Assembly: GCF_017876815.1 (NCBI RefSeq)
Contig: NZ_JAGIOS010000002.1
Coordinates: 930,001-962,000, forward strand
DNA from: Sinorhizobium meliloti
GTDB lineage: Bacteria > Pseudomonadota > Alphaproteobacteria > Rhizobiales > Rhizobiaceae
Length of the DNA stretch: 32,000 nt
Reading direction: 5' to 3'
The notes below the pieces were generated by a model, which was given only the letters and a program-made list of their open reading frames with translations, ran no database searches and was not told the origin of the DNA. How positions within the stretch are numbered: the first letter of the stretch is position 1; every line of letters begins with the position of its first letter. Shown here piece by piece: positions 8,675-17,379 of this stretch. A program made the position numbers and the translations under genes.

Positions 8675-10048
8675 CTAAGGACGGCCGAATTTCGCGAGAA
8701 TCGCCGAAGCGCGGTCGAAGGCGGCCTCGTCGATCCTGGCGAGCACGCCGTGAAAATCAGGCCCGCGGGTCGCGTCGAGGCCCATGCGGGACGTCGTACC
8801 GATACCGGATGCCGAAGGATCGAGCGCGTTGCCGGGCAGCCCTTCGATGATGACGACATCCTTGTGCGGCTGGAAATGGGCGGACATGGCCCAAAGCACG
8901 TCGGAGTCCCGCGTGATGTCGACGTCGGCATCGACCGCGATGACCGTCTTCAGATAGGCGTCCCAGCCGAGCAGCCCGAGCATGATCTGGCGGGCCTCGC
9001 CGGGCCTCGTCTGGTTGAGGGCGACATAGGCATGAAAATGCGTGCCGGATGCCGGATAGTGCACCGCCGTCACGCTCGGGAAGCGTTGCTTCAGCTTTTC
9101 CACCATCTCCGCCTCACGCGGAATACGGCCGAGATTGAGGTGTTCGGACGAGTTGCCGCCGGCAACGCTGACCAGGATTGCGTCCTTGCGGCGCAGGAAG
9201 GTCTCGACGCGAAACAGATTGTTCGTCGACCGGTCGGACGAGTAGCCGGTGAACTCTCCGAAGGGCCCCTCGGCAACCTGCGCTTCGGGCTCGATCACCC
9301 CTTCCAGGACGATTTCGGCATAGGCCGGAACCCGGATGCCGTATTTCGGCGTCCGTACCACCTCGAGCGGCTCGCCGATGAGGCCGCCGGCGACGTCGCG
9401 CTCGTCTTCACCGAACGCCAGGCGCGCCGAGGCTGCGATCATGAAGAGGGGATGTGCGCCGATGACCATGGCGACCTTCAGTTTCTCGCCGCGGTCCTTG
9501 GCCATGTTGAGCAGCCGCCACAGATGTCCGCGCGAATGCAGGCTCGTCGCCAGCTCGTTCTTCGAATGGATCATCGCGCGGTGATAGCTGAGATTGCCGG
9601 CGCCGGTTTCGGGATGCTCGGCGATGATTATGCCGCTGGTGATGTATTTCGCCCGGTCGGTCGCGAAGTGCTTCAGCATCGGCAGGGTGCCGAGGTCGAT
9701 GTCGTGCTCCTCCACGCATTCGGTGACCGGCCCGCCATCGACCAGCCGCGGCGGCAGGGCTTGCCGCGAGCGTGCCTGATAGGCTTCGTGCAGCCGGTCC
9801 TGGGAGGTCCCGAACATCCGGGCGATCCGCTCGCGCGATCCGAAGGTGTTGGCAATCACTTCGCCGCCGACGCCTTCGACGTTGCGGAAATGCAGGAGCG
9901 GCGCCCGGCCTTGCTGGTTGAGCTTCCAGATGAACGCCGACGCGTCCTGATCGTCCGTGATACAGTCTTCGATGGTGAGTACGTCTTCGGGATACGCCTT
10001 CTGGTATTCCCGGAGAAAGTAGCGGACGTCCTGGCTGCCGAACTCCAT
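8675..10048 (-). CDS. UbiD-family (prFMN-dependent) reversible decarboxylase, 457 aa
   Basis: UbiD hallmarks are present: GNLSYHRAM, MVIGAHP, ERDVAGGLIGEPLEVV and EGPFGEFTGYSS. It sits immediately upstream of ubiX on the same strand. Confidence 0.88.
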   Translation of the reverse strand: MEFGSQDVRYFLREYQKAYPEDVLTIEDCITDDQDASAFIWKLNQQGRAPLLHFRNVEGVGGEVIANTFGSRERIARMFGTSQDRLHEAYQARSRQALPPRLVDGGPVTECVEEHDIDLGTLPMLKHFATDRAKYITSGIIIAEHPETGAGNLSYHRAMIHSKNELATSLHSRGHLWRLLNMAKDRGEKLKVAMVIGAHPLFMIAASARLAFGEDERDVAGGLIGEPLEVVRTPKYGIRVPAYAEIVLEGVIEPEAQVAEGPFGEFTGYSSDRSTNNLFRVETFLRRKDAILVSVAGGNSSEHLNLGRIPREAEMVEKLKQRFPSVTAVHYPASGTHFHAYVALNQTRPGEARQIMLGLLGWDAYLKTVIAVDADVDITRDSDVLWAMSAHFQPHKDVVIIEGLPGNALDPSASGIGTTSRMGLDATRGPDFHGVLARIDEAAFDRASAILAKFGRP

Positions 10049-10086
10049 AATACTGCCCTTCGCGGTGTCGTTTACTTCACATGAGC

Positions 10087-10165
10087 GGGCAGCGGCCTTG
10101 GAGGGAGCCGCTGCCCTGGAGCGGGATGAGGAAAATGCGGGCGATGTTCCGCCCGAATCCCGCTC
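10087..10165. repeat. Structured intergenic element: two adjacent GC-rich stem-loops between amidohydrolase A and UbiD
   Basis: Stem 1: GGGCAGCGGC (10087-10096) / GCCGCTGCCC (10107-10116). Stem 2: GAGCGGGAT (10119-10127) / ATCCCGCTC (10157-10165), with a nested CGGGCG (10138-10143) / CGCCCG (10150-10155). No U-tract follows on either strand. Confidence 0.55.
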
Positions 10166-10189
10166 TGACTTTTGGATCGCCAGGGCCGA

Positions 10190-11131
10190 TCAGGCGGGAG
10201 TAGGCTGGCGCTCCTCACGTCTCAGACCCGCATAGGTATCGGTCAGGCGCGCCTGAGCTTCCTCGAGATTGCGTGGCGGAGGGGTCGGGTCGATGCCGAC
10301 GAGCTTGGCGATGTTGTTGCCGAGATAGCCCTCGAGATCTTCCTCGGAAAGGCCGAGGCCGTGGGGCGGTTCGTGGCACAGAACCTCGAGCTCTCGCAGC
10401 CACATGCCGGGCTCGTTCGGCGGCGAGTCCGTACCGAAGACGATCTTGTGTTTCGGCAGCTCTTTCGCGAATTCGACGATGCGGGATTGGAAGCACCAAC
10501 CGGACTCGCAGTAGACGTTGGGTGTGTCCATCGCCATCCAGAAGGACTCGAACGAGTAGTTGCCCCCGGTCTGGATCCCGAAATGCCCGATGATGAAATT
10601 GACCATCGGGAACTCGCGAATGATCGGATAGAACATCGTCGGAATGGTGTAAGGCCCATCACCGGTGTGGATGAGCACGACGACGCCGAGTTCCGCGCAC
10701 TTCTTCATCGCCGGGCGCAGCCAGTCGAGGGCCCGGTCGGGCCGGTAACCATGCATGTTGGCATGCAGCTTCAGCATCTTGAAGCCGTATTCCTTGACAT
10801 GGAATTCGAGCTCGGCCGCGCCGTTTTCCGGCCCCCAGCGGGGATTGTAGTTGAAGTTGCCGATGAAGCGGTCCGGGTATTTCTGGCAAAGTTCGGCGAT
10901 ATACGCCATGTAATCGCGGATGCCTTCGCGGCCCATGCGGTTGCCGTCGCGATAGCCTGTATTGCCGGGCGGCGGCTGGATGAAGCCCATGTCGATCCGG
11001 CGAGGCTTGCCGTTGATCATATAGGGTCCGTCCATCAGCTTCAGCATGCGCTCGCCGTTGAAGGGCGTGCCGGTGTGGCGCCATGCCTCGTCGACCAGAT
11101 TGGTCGGGTGGAGGTGGGTATCGATGATCAT
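10190..11131 (-). CDS. Amidohydrolase_2 (PF04909, ACMSD/LigI-type) metal-dependent hydrolase/decarboxylase, paralog A, with an intact HxH motif
   Basis: MIIDTHLHPTNLVDEAWRH... Candidate later metal/catalytic residues lie in LIHTGDG, IGHFG and FGTDSP. GGAGA lies 7 nt upstream of ATG 11131. Confidence 0.85.
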   Translation of the reverse strand: MIIDTHLHPTNLVDEAWRHTGTPFNGERMLKLMDGPYMINGKPRRIDMGFIQPPPGNTGYRDGNRMGREGIRDYMAYIAELCQKYPDRFIGNFNYNPRWGPENGAAELEFHVKEYGFKMLKLHANMHGYRPDRALDWLRPAMKKCAELGVVVLIHTGDGPYTIPTMFYPIIREFPMVNFIIGHFGIQTGGNYSFESFWMAMDTPNVYCESGWCFQSRIVEFAKELPKHKIVFGTDSPPNEPGMWLRELEVLCHEPPHGLGLSEEDLEGYLGNNIAKLVGIDPTPPPRNLEEAQARLTDTYAGLRREERQPTPA

Positions 11132-11170
11132 GCTATTTCTCCGATTTCATGAAACGCGCGTGCGGAAGGC

Positions 11171-12097
11171 TCATGCCGGCTGAAGGCTGGCATGGGTGCC
11201 GTTGAGGCGCGCCTGCGCCTCCTCCACGCTGCGTGGCGGCGGCGTCGGATCGAGACCGATCATCCGGGCGATGTTGTTGCCGAGGTAGTCCTCGAGCGTA
11301 TCCTCGTCGAGGTTCAGCCCCTGGGGCGGCTCGTGGCACAGCACCTCGAGAAGGCGCAGCCACATACCCGGCTCGTTCGGGGGCGTGTCGGTGCCGAACA
11401 GGATCTTGTGCTTGGGCAGTTCCTTGGCGAATTCGACGATGCGCGACTGCAGGCACCAGCCGGATTCGACATAGATGTTCGGCGCATCCATCGCCATCTG
11501 GAACGGCTCGAAGACATAGACGCCGCCCGTCTGCACGCCGAAATGGCCGAGGACGAAATTGACCGACGGAAACTCTCGGATGATCGGATAGAATTCGGTC
11601 GGGATGCTGTACGGTCCGTCGCCGGTATGCACCTTCACGATGAGGCCGAGGTCGGCGCATTTCCGCATCGCGGGCCGCAGCCAGTCGAGCGCCCGGTCGG
11701 GACGGTAGGCATGCATGTTCGCCTGAAGCTGCACCATCTTGAAGCCGTATTCCTTGGCGTGGTGCTCGATTTCTTCGGCGCCGTTCTGCGTGCCGTAGCG
11801 GGGATTGTAGACGAAGCAGCCGAGGAAGCGGTCCGGATATTTCTGAACGAGCTCGACGGTGTAGGACATGTAGTCCCGGATCGCCGCCTTGCCGGTGAGA
11901 TCGCCGTAACCGTCGGTGTAAATGGTGTTGCCCTGCGGGGGCTGGATGAAAGCTTTGTCGATGCGGCGCGGCTTCCCGTTCACATAATAAGGGCCGTCCA
12001 TCATCTTGAGGAGGCGCTCACCTGTAAAAGGCTCGCCATCGTGCCGCCAGGCCAGATCCACAATCTTGGTCGGGTAGCAGCTAATGTCGATAATCAT
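11171..12097 (-). CDS. Amidohydrolase_2 paralog B, with HxH replaced by SxY (MIIDISCYP); putative non-catalytic or altered-metal partner subunit
   Basis: Collinear with paralog A along its whole length, by eye roughly 70 percent identical. It retains KVHTGDG, LGHFG and FGTDTP. I moved the start to ATG 12097 (GGAGA 5 nt upstream), which aligns exactly with the MIID start of A. The track uses TTG 12121. Confidence 0.82.
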   Translation of the reverse strand: MIIDISCYPTKIVDLAWRHDGEPFTGERLLKMMDGPYYVNGKPRRIDKAFIQPPQGNTIYTDGYGDLTGKAAIRDYMSYTVELVQKYPDRFLGCFVYNPRYGTQNGAEEIEHHAKEYGFKMVQLQANMHAYRPDRALDWLRPAMRKCADLGLIVKVHTGDGPYSIPTEFYPIIREFPSVNFVLGHFGVQTGGVYVFEPFQMAMDAPNIYVESGWCLQSRIVEFAKELPKHKILFGTDTPPNEPGMWLRLLEVLCHEPPQGLNLDEDTLEDYLGNNIARMIGLDPTPPPRSVEEAQARLNGTHASLQPA

Positions 12098-12387
12098 CAG
12101 TCTCTCCAGAGTTGCCGTCAATCCAATTCACGGATTGTCCATGAGCGAAGCGCCCCGGAGTTCGACGTCAACTTTGCTGAAGGCGAGGTCAGAAAGATCC
12201 GTCGGGCTGCGGTCTGCGCGATCGCATGTCAGCAATTCCCGACCGGATGTTGTATCGTGAGATACTAACGCGGCTGACCGCTTCTACTGACGTGGAGAAT
12301 ATTAAGACAGCTTAGAGGGAATGAAAAGTACATTTCATCAAACTGATCAATTAATAAATAATTCGAAAGAATTCATTCTGTGAGCGG

Positions 12388-12903
12388 TTGCTCAGCGGAG
12401 TACAGGCATTGGACGACACCGCAAAAGAAAACGCAGAGTTTCCCGCTGCAGCCGGAATCCTCCTCGGCCTCGGTCTCGGGGGCTTCTTCGACGGCATCGT
12501 TCTGCATCAGGTGCTGCAGTGGCATCACATGCTGAGCAGCGCAGGCTTTCCACCGGACAGCCTGGAAAACCTGAGACTGAATACGTTCTTTGACGGCCTC
12601 TTCCATATGGGCACATACGTTTTCGTCGTGCTGGGCCTGATCGTTCTGTGGCGCAGGGGGCGGCGGAGACCCCTGCTTTGGTCGGCAAAGCTTATTGCCG
12701 GTACCTTCCTCATCGGGTTTGGCGGCTTCAACCTGATCGAGGGCACCGTCAACCACCAGATTCTCGGCCTGCATCATGTCAACGAGACCGTGCCGCGCGA
12801 TCAGTGGGTCTACTGGGACACAGGCTTTCTTCTCTGGGGAGCCTTGATGCTGATTGCCGGGTGGGTCCTGTACCGGTCCGGTAAACGAGACCTTTCGAGA
12901 TGA
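12388..12903 (+). CDS. DUF2243-family small integral membrane protein
   Basis: AGILLGLGLGGFFDGIVLHQVLQWHHMLSS is the motif I associate with DUF2243, and several hydrophobic segments follow. The only in-frame starts are TTG (12388 or 12409) with no clear SD, so the start is uncertain. Confidence 0.6.
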   Translation: MLSGVQALDDTAKENAEFPAAAGILLGLGLGGFFDGIVLHQVLQWHHMLSSAGFPPDSLENLRLNTFFDGLFHMGTYVFVVLGLIVLWRRGRRRPLLWSAKLIAGTFLIGFGGFNLIEGTVNHQILGLHHVNETVPRDQWVYWDTGFLLWGALMLIAGWVLYRSGKRDLSR

Positions 12904-12922
12904 ACGGGGTGGGGAACCGCTC

Positions 12923-13804
12923 TCACAGCAGCCGGTGCCGCACCAGAATTTCCCGGATTTTTGCGTCCTGCTCCTCGCTCGGAAGCAGTGCCGGCTGGCG
13001 GGAGGCGCCGACGGAGGGATCCTGCAGGTAGAGCGAGCGCTTGACGAGGGCCGGCGGGAAGCCGAGGGCGTAAAGCTCGGTGCGGAAGGCGGTGTAGATT
13101 GCCTGCTGGCGTTCCGCCTCCGCAATGTTCCCGCTGTTGAACGCGCTGAGAATGCCGGCGAGCACCTCCGGCATGGCGTTGCCGAGGCCGGAAATGCAGC
13201 CGGCCGCACCGTTCTGCAGCGACCAGAGAACCAGATGGTCGGGGCCGGAATAGACTTCGAAGCCCGGCACGTCGCGCGCTACCTGCAGATAGGCGTCGAG
13301 AGTATCCTGCGCACCGCCGGAATCCTTGATCCCGGCGATATTGCCGTGCGCGGAAAGCTTCAACGCCGTCTCCGGCTCGATATGGTTCTGGGTGCGGGAG
13401 GGAATGTCATAGAGATAGACGGGGGTCTCCACGGCATCGGCGACCGTCGAGAAGTGCCGGATCAGGCCGTCCTGCGTACAGGCGATGAAGAAGGGGGTGA
13501 TGACGGCAATGCCGCTGACGCCGATGCGGTCGAAGGCGCGCGCGAGCTGCAGCGTCTCGAAGGTCGCGGGCATGCCGGCATTGACGATGACATCGACGCG
13601 GCCGCCGACCTCGTCGACCACTTCCTCGGTGAGGCGGATCTTCTCCTCGTGCGTGAGCGCGGTGAAGTCGCCATTGGTGCCGGCGCACATGATATTGTTG
13701 CCGGCGGCGACCTGCCGGCGTACCTGGGCGCGGGTCGCCTCGTAATTGATGGTCTCGTCCTCGTTGAAGCAGGTGACGAGGGCGACGAAGGCTTTCTTGG
13801 ACAT
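12923..13804 (-). CDS. DHDPS/NanA-family class I (Schiff-base) lyase/aldolase
   Basis: GTNGDFTALTHEEK, LYDIPSRT and the Schiff-base lysine context AGIKDSGG. The start ATG overlaps the TGA of the upstream ATPase gene (TGATG at 13802-13806). Confidence 0.85.
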   Translation of the reverse strand: MSKKAFVALVTCFNEDETINYEATRAQVRRQVAAGNNIMCAGTNGDFTALTHEEKIRLTEEVVDEVGGRVDVIVNAGMPATFETLQLARAFDRIGVSGIAVITPFFIACTQDGLIRHFSTVADAVETPVYLYDIPSRTQNHIEPETALKLSAHGNIAGIKDSGGAQDTLDAYLQVARDVPGFEVYSGPDHLVLWSLQNGAAGCISGLGNAMPEVLAGILSAFNSGNIAEAERQQAIYTAFRTELYALGFPPALVKRSLYLQDPSVGASRQPALLPSEEQDAKIREILVRHRLL

Positions 13805-15450
13805 CAGTGACTCCGCTTTGGGATAAGAATGTCGGCTGCCTCGGCCGGTACCGATGCGAGGTGGCCGGCCTTTGCATCCGGATCGGGACTGAGGCTGGCG
13901 GCGAGAAGGGCGCGGGTATAGGCCTGCCGCGGCGTATCGAAGACCTCGCGGACGGTGCCGAGCTCGACGACCTCTCCCTGCTGCATGACCATGACGTAAT
14001 CGGCGAAATCGCGAACGACCGGCAGGTCATGGGCGATGAAGATGAAGGCGATCCCCATCTCGCGGCGCAGCCTGTCGAGAAGCTCGATCACCTGCGCCTG
14101 GACGGAGACGTCGAGCGCGGAAACGGCCTCGTCGCAGATGATCAGGTGCGGCTCGAGCGCAAGCGCCCGGGCAATGGCGATGCGCTGCCGCTGGCCGCCG
14201 GAAAACTGGTGCGGATAGCGGCTCATGTGCTCGGCCGAAAGACCGACCTGCACCAGGAGCTCCGCGACGCGTTCACGCCACTTTGCCTTGGGCAGGATGT
14301 CCGGATGGATGACCCATGCCTCGGAGATCAGCTGGTAGACCGTCATGCGCGGGTTGAGCGACTGGGTCGGGTCCTGGAACACCATCTGGAGGTCGCGCCT
14401 GAGCTTGTAGAGCTCTGCCGGCGAAAGCGTGAACAGGTCGCGGCCCTTCCAGAGCGCCGTGCCGCCATCCGGCTCGTCGAGACGCAAAAGGGCACGGGCA
14501 AGCGTCGATTTGCCGGAGCCGCTCTCTCCGACGACAGCCATGGTCTCGCCGGGCATCAGATCGAAGGAGATGCCCTTCAGCGCTTCGAAGGAGCCGTAGG
14601 TCTTGCGCACGTCGCGCACGCTGAGCAGGGGTTCGGCGCGCGCGCCCGGTTCGTGCATCGCGCCCTTGCCCGGGGCGGCGGCGATGAGCTTCTGCGTATA
14701 GGGATGCTGCGGGTTCTTGTAGATCTCGCGCACGGTTCCCGCTTCGACGATGGCGCCCTTTTCCATCACGACGACCCGGTCGGCGATCTCGGAGACGACG
14801 CCGAGATCGTGGGTGATGATCAGCACCGCCATGCCCGTTTCGCGCTGCAGCTCCTTCAGAAGCTTCAGCACTTCGGCCTGCACGGTCACGTCGAGCGCGG
14901 TGGTCGGTTCGTCGGCGATCAGGAGGTCCGGCCGGAGCGCCAGCGCCATGGCGATCATGACGCGCTGGCGCTGACCGCCGGAGAATTCGTGCGGATATTT
15001 GCGCATTGCCCGCTCGGGCTCGGGGATTCCGACGCGGCGAAGGAGCCGCAGCGCCTCTTCGCGCGCCTTGCTGCCGGCGAGCCCGTGAGTTGTCATGGCT
15101 TCGGAGATCTGCCAGCCGACGCTGTAGACCGGATTGAGATGGCTGAGCGGATCCTGAAAGATCATGGCGACCCGGCGGCCGTTGACCTCGCGCCGTTCCT
15201 CGGCAGGCATCGTCAGCAGGTCCCTGCCGTCGAGCAGGATTTCGCCGGCGCTGATGCGGCCCGGCGGCATGTCGATGAGGTTCATGATCGCCGAGGAGGA
15301 GACGGACTTGCCGGAACCGCTTTCGCCGAGGATCGCCAGCGTCTCGCCCTTGTCGAGGTGATAGGAGATCGACTTCACGGCATGGACCACGCCGGCCGCG
15401 GTGTGGAACTCGACGGAGAGGTTACGGACCTCGAGCAGATGTTCAGCCAT
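13804..15450 (-). CDS. ABC transporter ATP-binding protein with two fused NBDs (peptide/opine/nickel PepT type)
   Basis: 548 aa. Contains two Walker A motifs (GESGSGKS twice), two signature motifs (FSGGQRQR twice) and two Walker B motifs. Confidence 0.92.
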   Translation of the reverse strand: MAEHLLEVRNLSVEFHTAAGVVHAVKSISYHLDKGETLAILGESGSGKSVSSSAIMNLIDMPPGRISAGEILLDGRDLLTMPAEERREVNGRRVAMIFQDPLSHLNPVYSVGWQISEAMTTHGLAGSKAREEALRLLRRVGIPEPERAMRKYPHEFSGGQRQRVMIAMALALRPDLLIADEPTTALDVTVQAEVLKLLKELQRETGMAVLIITHDLGVVSEIADRVVVMEKGAIVEAGTVREIYKNPQHPYTQKLIAAAPGKGAMHEPGARAEPLLSVRDVRKTYGSFEALKGISFDLMPGETMAVVGESGSGKSTLARALLRLDEPDGGTALWKGRDLFTLSPAELYKLRRDLQMVFQDPTQSLNPRMTVYQLISEAWVIHPDILPKAKWRERVAELLVQVGLSAEHMSRYPHQFSGGQRQRIAIARALALEPHLIICDEAVSALDVSVQAQVIELLDRLRREMGIAFIFIAHDLPVVRDFADYVMVMQQGEVVELGTVREVFDTPRQAYTRALLAASLSPDPDAKAGHLASVPAEAADILIPKRSH

Positions 15451-16366
15451 TTTTGCCGCCCTTCATTTCGAGACGCCAGCGCTGTACCGGATCGAGCGCG
15501 ATCCGCATCCAGTTGGACAGCAGGTTGAGCGACATGGTGGTGAGAATGATGGCAAGGCCGGGCCAGAAGGAGAGCCACCAGGCATTGGTGAGATATTGCC
15601 GGCCCTGCGAGATCATCAGGCCCCAGGTGATTTCCGGCGGCTGGATGCCGATGCCGAGGAAGGACAGCGCGCTCTCCGCCAGCATGACATAGGCGAAATC
15701 AAGCGTGGCGAGCGTCGTCAGCGTCGGCAGCACGACCGGCAGGATGTGGCGGAACAGGATTCGCTTGCTGGAGGCGCCCATGACCCGGGCAGCCTGCACG
15801 AACATGCGCTCGCGGATCTCGAGCACTTCGGCGCGCGTGGTGCGCAGATAGACCGGAATGCGGGTGATGGCGAGCACCAGCATGAGGTTGAGGATCGAGG
15901 AGCCGAGCACATAGAGTACGATCACCGCGATCAGCAGAGACGGGAAGGACATGATCACGTCGGCGAGACGCATGATGATCTGGCTCATGCGTGGCGAGGA
16001 AAAGCCGGCGATGAGGCCGAGAACCGTGCCAATCACCGAGGAGAGGATCACGGCGCCGGCGGCGACCATCAGGGTGTTCTGAGCGGCCACGATGATGCGG
16101 GCGAAAAGCGGACGGCCGAGCGCGTCGGCCCCCATCCACCAGACCCAGGTGCGGGTCCAGTCGAATGGCGGCAGGTTGCGGCCGCGCAGGTTCTGCTTCG
16201 TCGCGAGGTCGCCCAGCCAGGCCGGACCGATGATGGCTATGGTGAGAATGACGAGAAGGAAGATCGCCGCGCAGAGCGCGAACTTGTCCGCCAGCAGCAT
16301 GCGCATCATGCGGACCGGGAAGGACGGCTCTGCGGCGATGACATTGTCGGTGGTTGCCAGGCTCAT
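15443..16366 (-). CDS. ABC transporter permease (DppC/OppC-like)
   Basis: Polytopic protein of the binding-protein-dependent transport family (an EAA-like loop region is visible). I moved the start to ATG 16366 (MSLATTDNV), which has GGAGG 8 nt upstream and lies just after the stop of the upstream permease. Confidence 0.88.
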   Translation of the reverse strand: MSLATTDNVIAAEPSFPVRMMRMLLADKFALCAAIFLLVILTIAIIGPAWLGDLATKQNLRGRNLPPFDWTRTWVWWMGADALGRPLFARIIVAAQNTLMVAAGAVILSSVIGTVLGLIAGFSSPRMSQIIMRLADVIMSFPSLLIAVIVLYVLGSSILNLMLVLAITRIPVYLRTTRAEVLEIRERMFVQAARVMGASSKRILFRHILPVVLPTLTTLATLDFAYVMLAESALSFLGIGIQPPEITWGLMISQGRQYLTNAWWLSFWPGLAIILTTMSLNLLSNWMRIALDPVQRWRLEMKGGKNG

Positions 16367-16379
16367 GGTCGTTGCCTCC

Positions 16380-17294
16380 TCAGTGCCGGATGCGCGGATC
16401 GAGCAGCGCATAGGCGAGGTCGATGAGCACGTTCATGAGGAAGATCGCAATGGCCGTGACGAGAATCGCCGCCAGCACCACGTTGAAATCGCGTTGCAGG
16501 ATGGAATCGATCATGAGCTTGCCGACGCCGGGAAAGCCGAAGATCGTCTCGACCACGACCGCACCGTTCAGCAGGCTCGCCGCCTGGTCGCCGACCACGG
16601 TGATGACGGGCAGCATCGCATTGCGCAGCGCGTGGATGAAGATGATCGGCCCGGACTTCACGCCCTTGGCCCGCGCGGTCTTCACATAGGCCGAGGAAAG
16701 CGCGCTGACCATGGAACCGCGAACCACCTGGACGATGATGCCGAAGGGGCGGACGAAGAGAACCGCGATCGGCAGGATCCAGTGCACGACCGATCCGGTG
16801 CCGGATGTCGGCAGGATCGCGAAGTTGATCGAGAAGATGACGATGGCGACGATCGCCAGCCAGAAATCCGGGACGGACGCACCGATGAGCGAAACCATCG
16901 AGGACAGCCGGTCGAAGAAGCCGCCGGAGCGGAAGGCGCCCAGCGAGCCGACAACGATCGCCGCTCCCGTGACGAGCGTCATCGTGATGACGGCAAGCCA
17001 GAGTGTCCAGGTGAAGGCTTCGAGGACGACATCGAGTGCAGGGCGGGCCTTGCGCAGGGATTCGCCGAGGTCGCCGGTGACGACATCGCCCACATAGCGG
17101 GCGAACTGCACGAGGATCGGATCGTTCAGTCCGTGCAGCTCGCGGAACTGCTCCTTCATCTCGGCGGAGGCTTCGACGGGCAGAAACAGGGCCGCCGGGT
17201 CGCCGGTCATCCGGGACAGGAAGAATACCATGACGATCAGGCCGATGAGCGAGATCAGGCTTGCGAGCGCACGTTGGCGGATGAATCTGAGCAT
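16380..17294 (-). CDS. ABC transporter permease (DppB/OppB-like)
   Basis: MLRFIRQRALASLISLIGLIVMVFFLSRMTGDP is a typical DppB N-terminus. The track ORF 16380..17573 over-extends upstream. Confidence 0.88.
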   Translation of the reverse strand: MLRFIRQRALASLISLIGLIVMVFFLSRMTGDPAALFLPVEASAEMKEQFRELHGLNDPILVQFARYVGDVVTGDLGESLRKARPALDVVLEAFTWTLWLAVITMTLVTGAAIVVGSLGAFRSGGFFDRLSSMVSLIGASVPDFWLAIVAIVIFSINFAILPTSGTGSVVHWILPIAVLFVRPFGIIVQVVRGSMVSALSSAYVKTARAKGVKSGPIIFIHALRNAMLPVITVVGDQAASLLNGAVVVETIFGFPGVGKLMIDSILQRDFNVVLAAILVTAIAIFLMNVLIDLAYALLDPRIRH

Positions 17295-17379
17295 GGCAGC
17301 CCTCGATTTTGCATGAGGCGGCGGGGGTCCCGCCGCCGGAAGGTCTTCATTTCGAATGGCCGCTCGTCCGCGGTTCAGA

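Noticed and set aside
12133-12141. Exact 9-mer GATTGTCCA shared by the module A operon promoter region (12133-12141) and the BNR promoter region (19173-19181), with ATTGTCCA also at 18998-19005. Also the inverted 9-mer pair CGATAATAC at 560-568 / 730-738. Both were considered as shared operator sites.
   Set aside because: A back-of-envelope expectation gives a few to tens of chance 9-mer matches among about 2 kb of intergenic DNA read on both strands, and more in AT-rich sequence. These matches are therefore not significant on their own, and I keep them only as notes.
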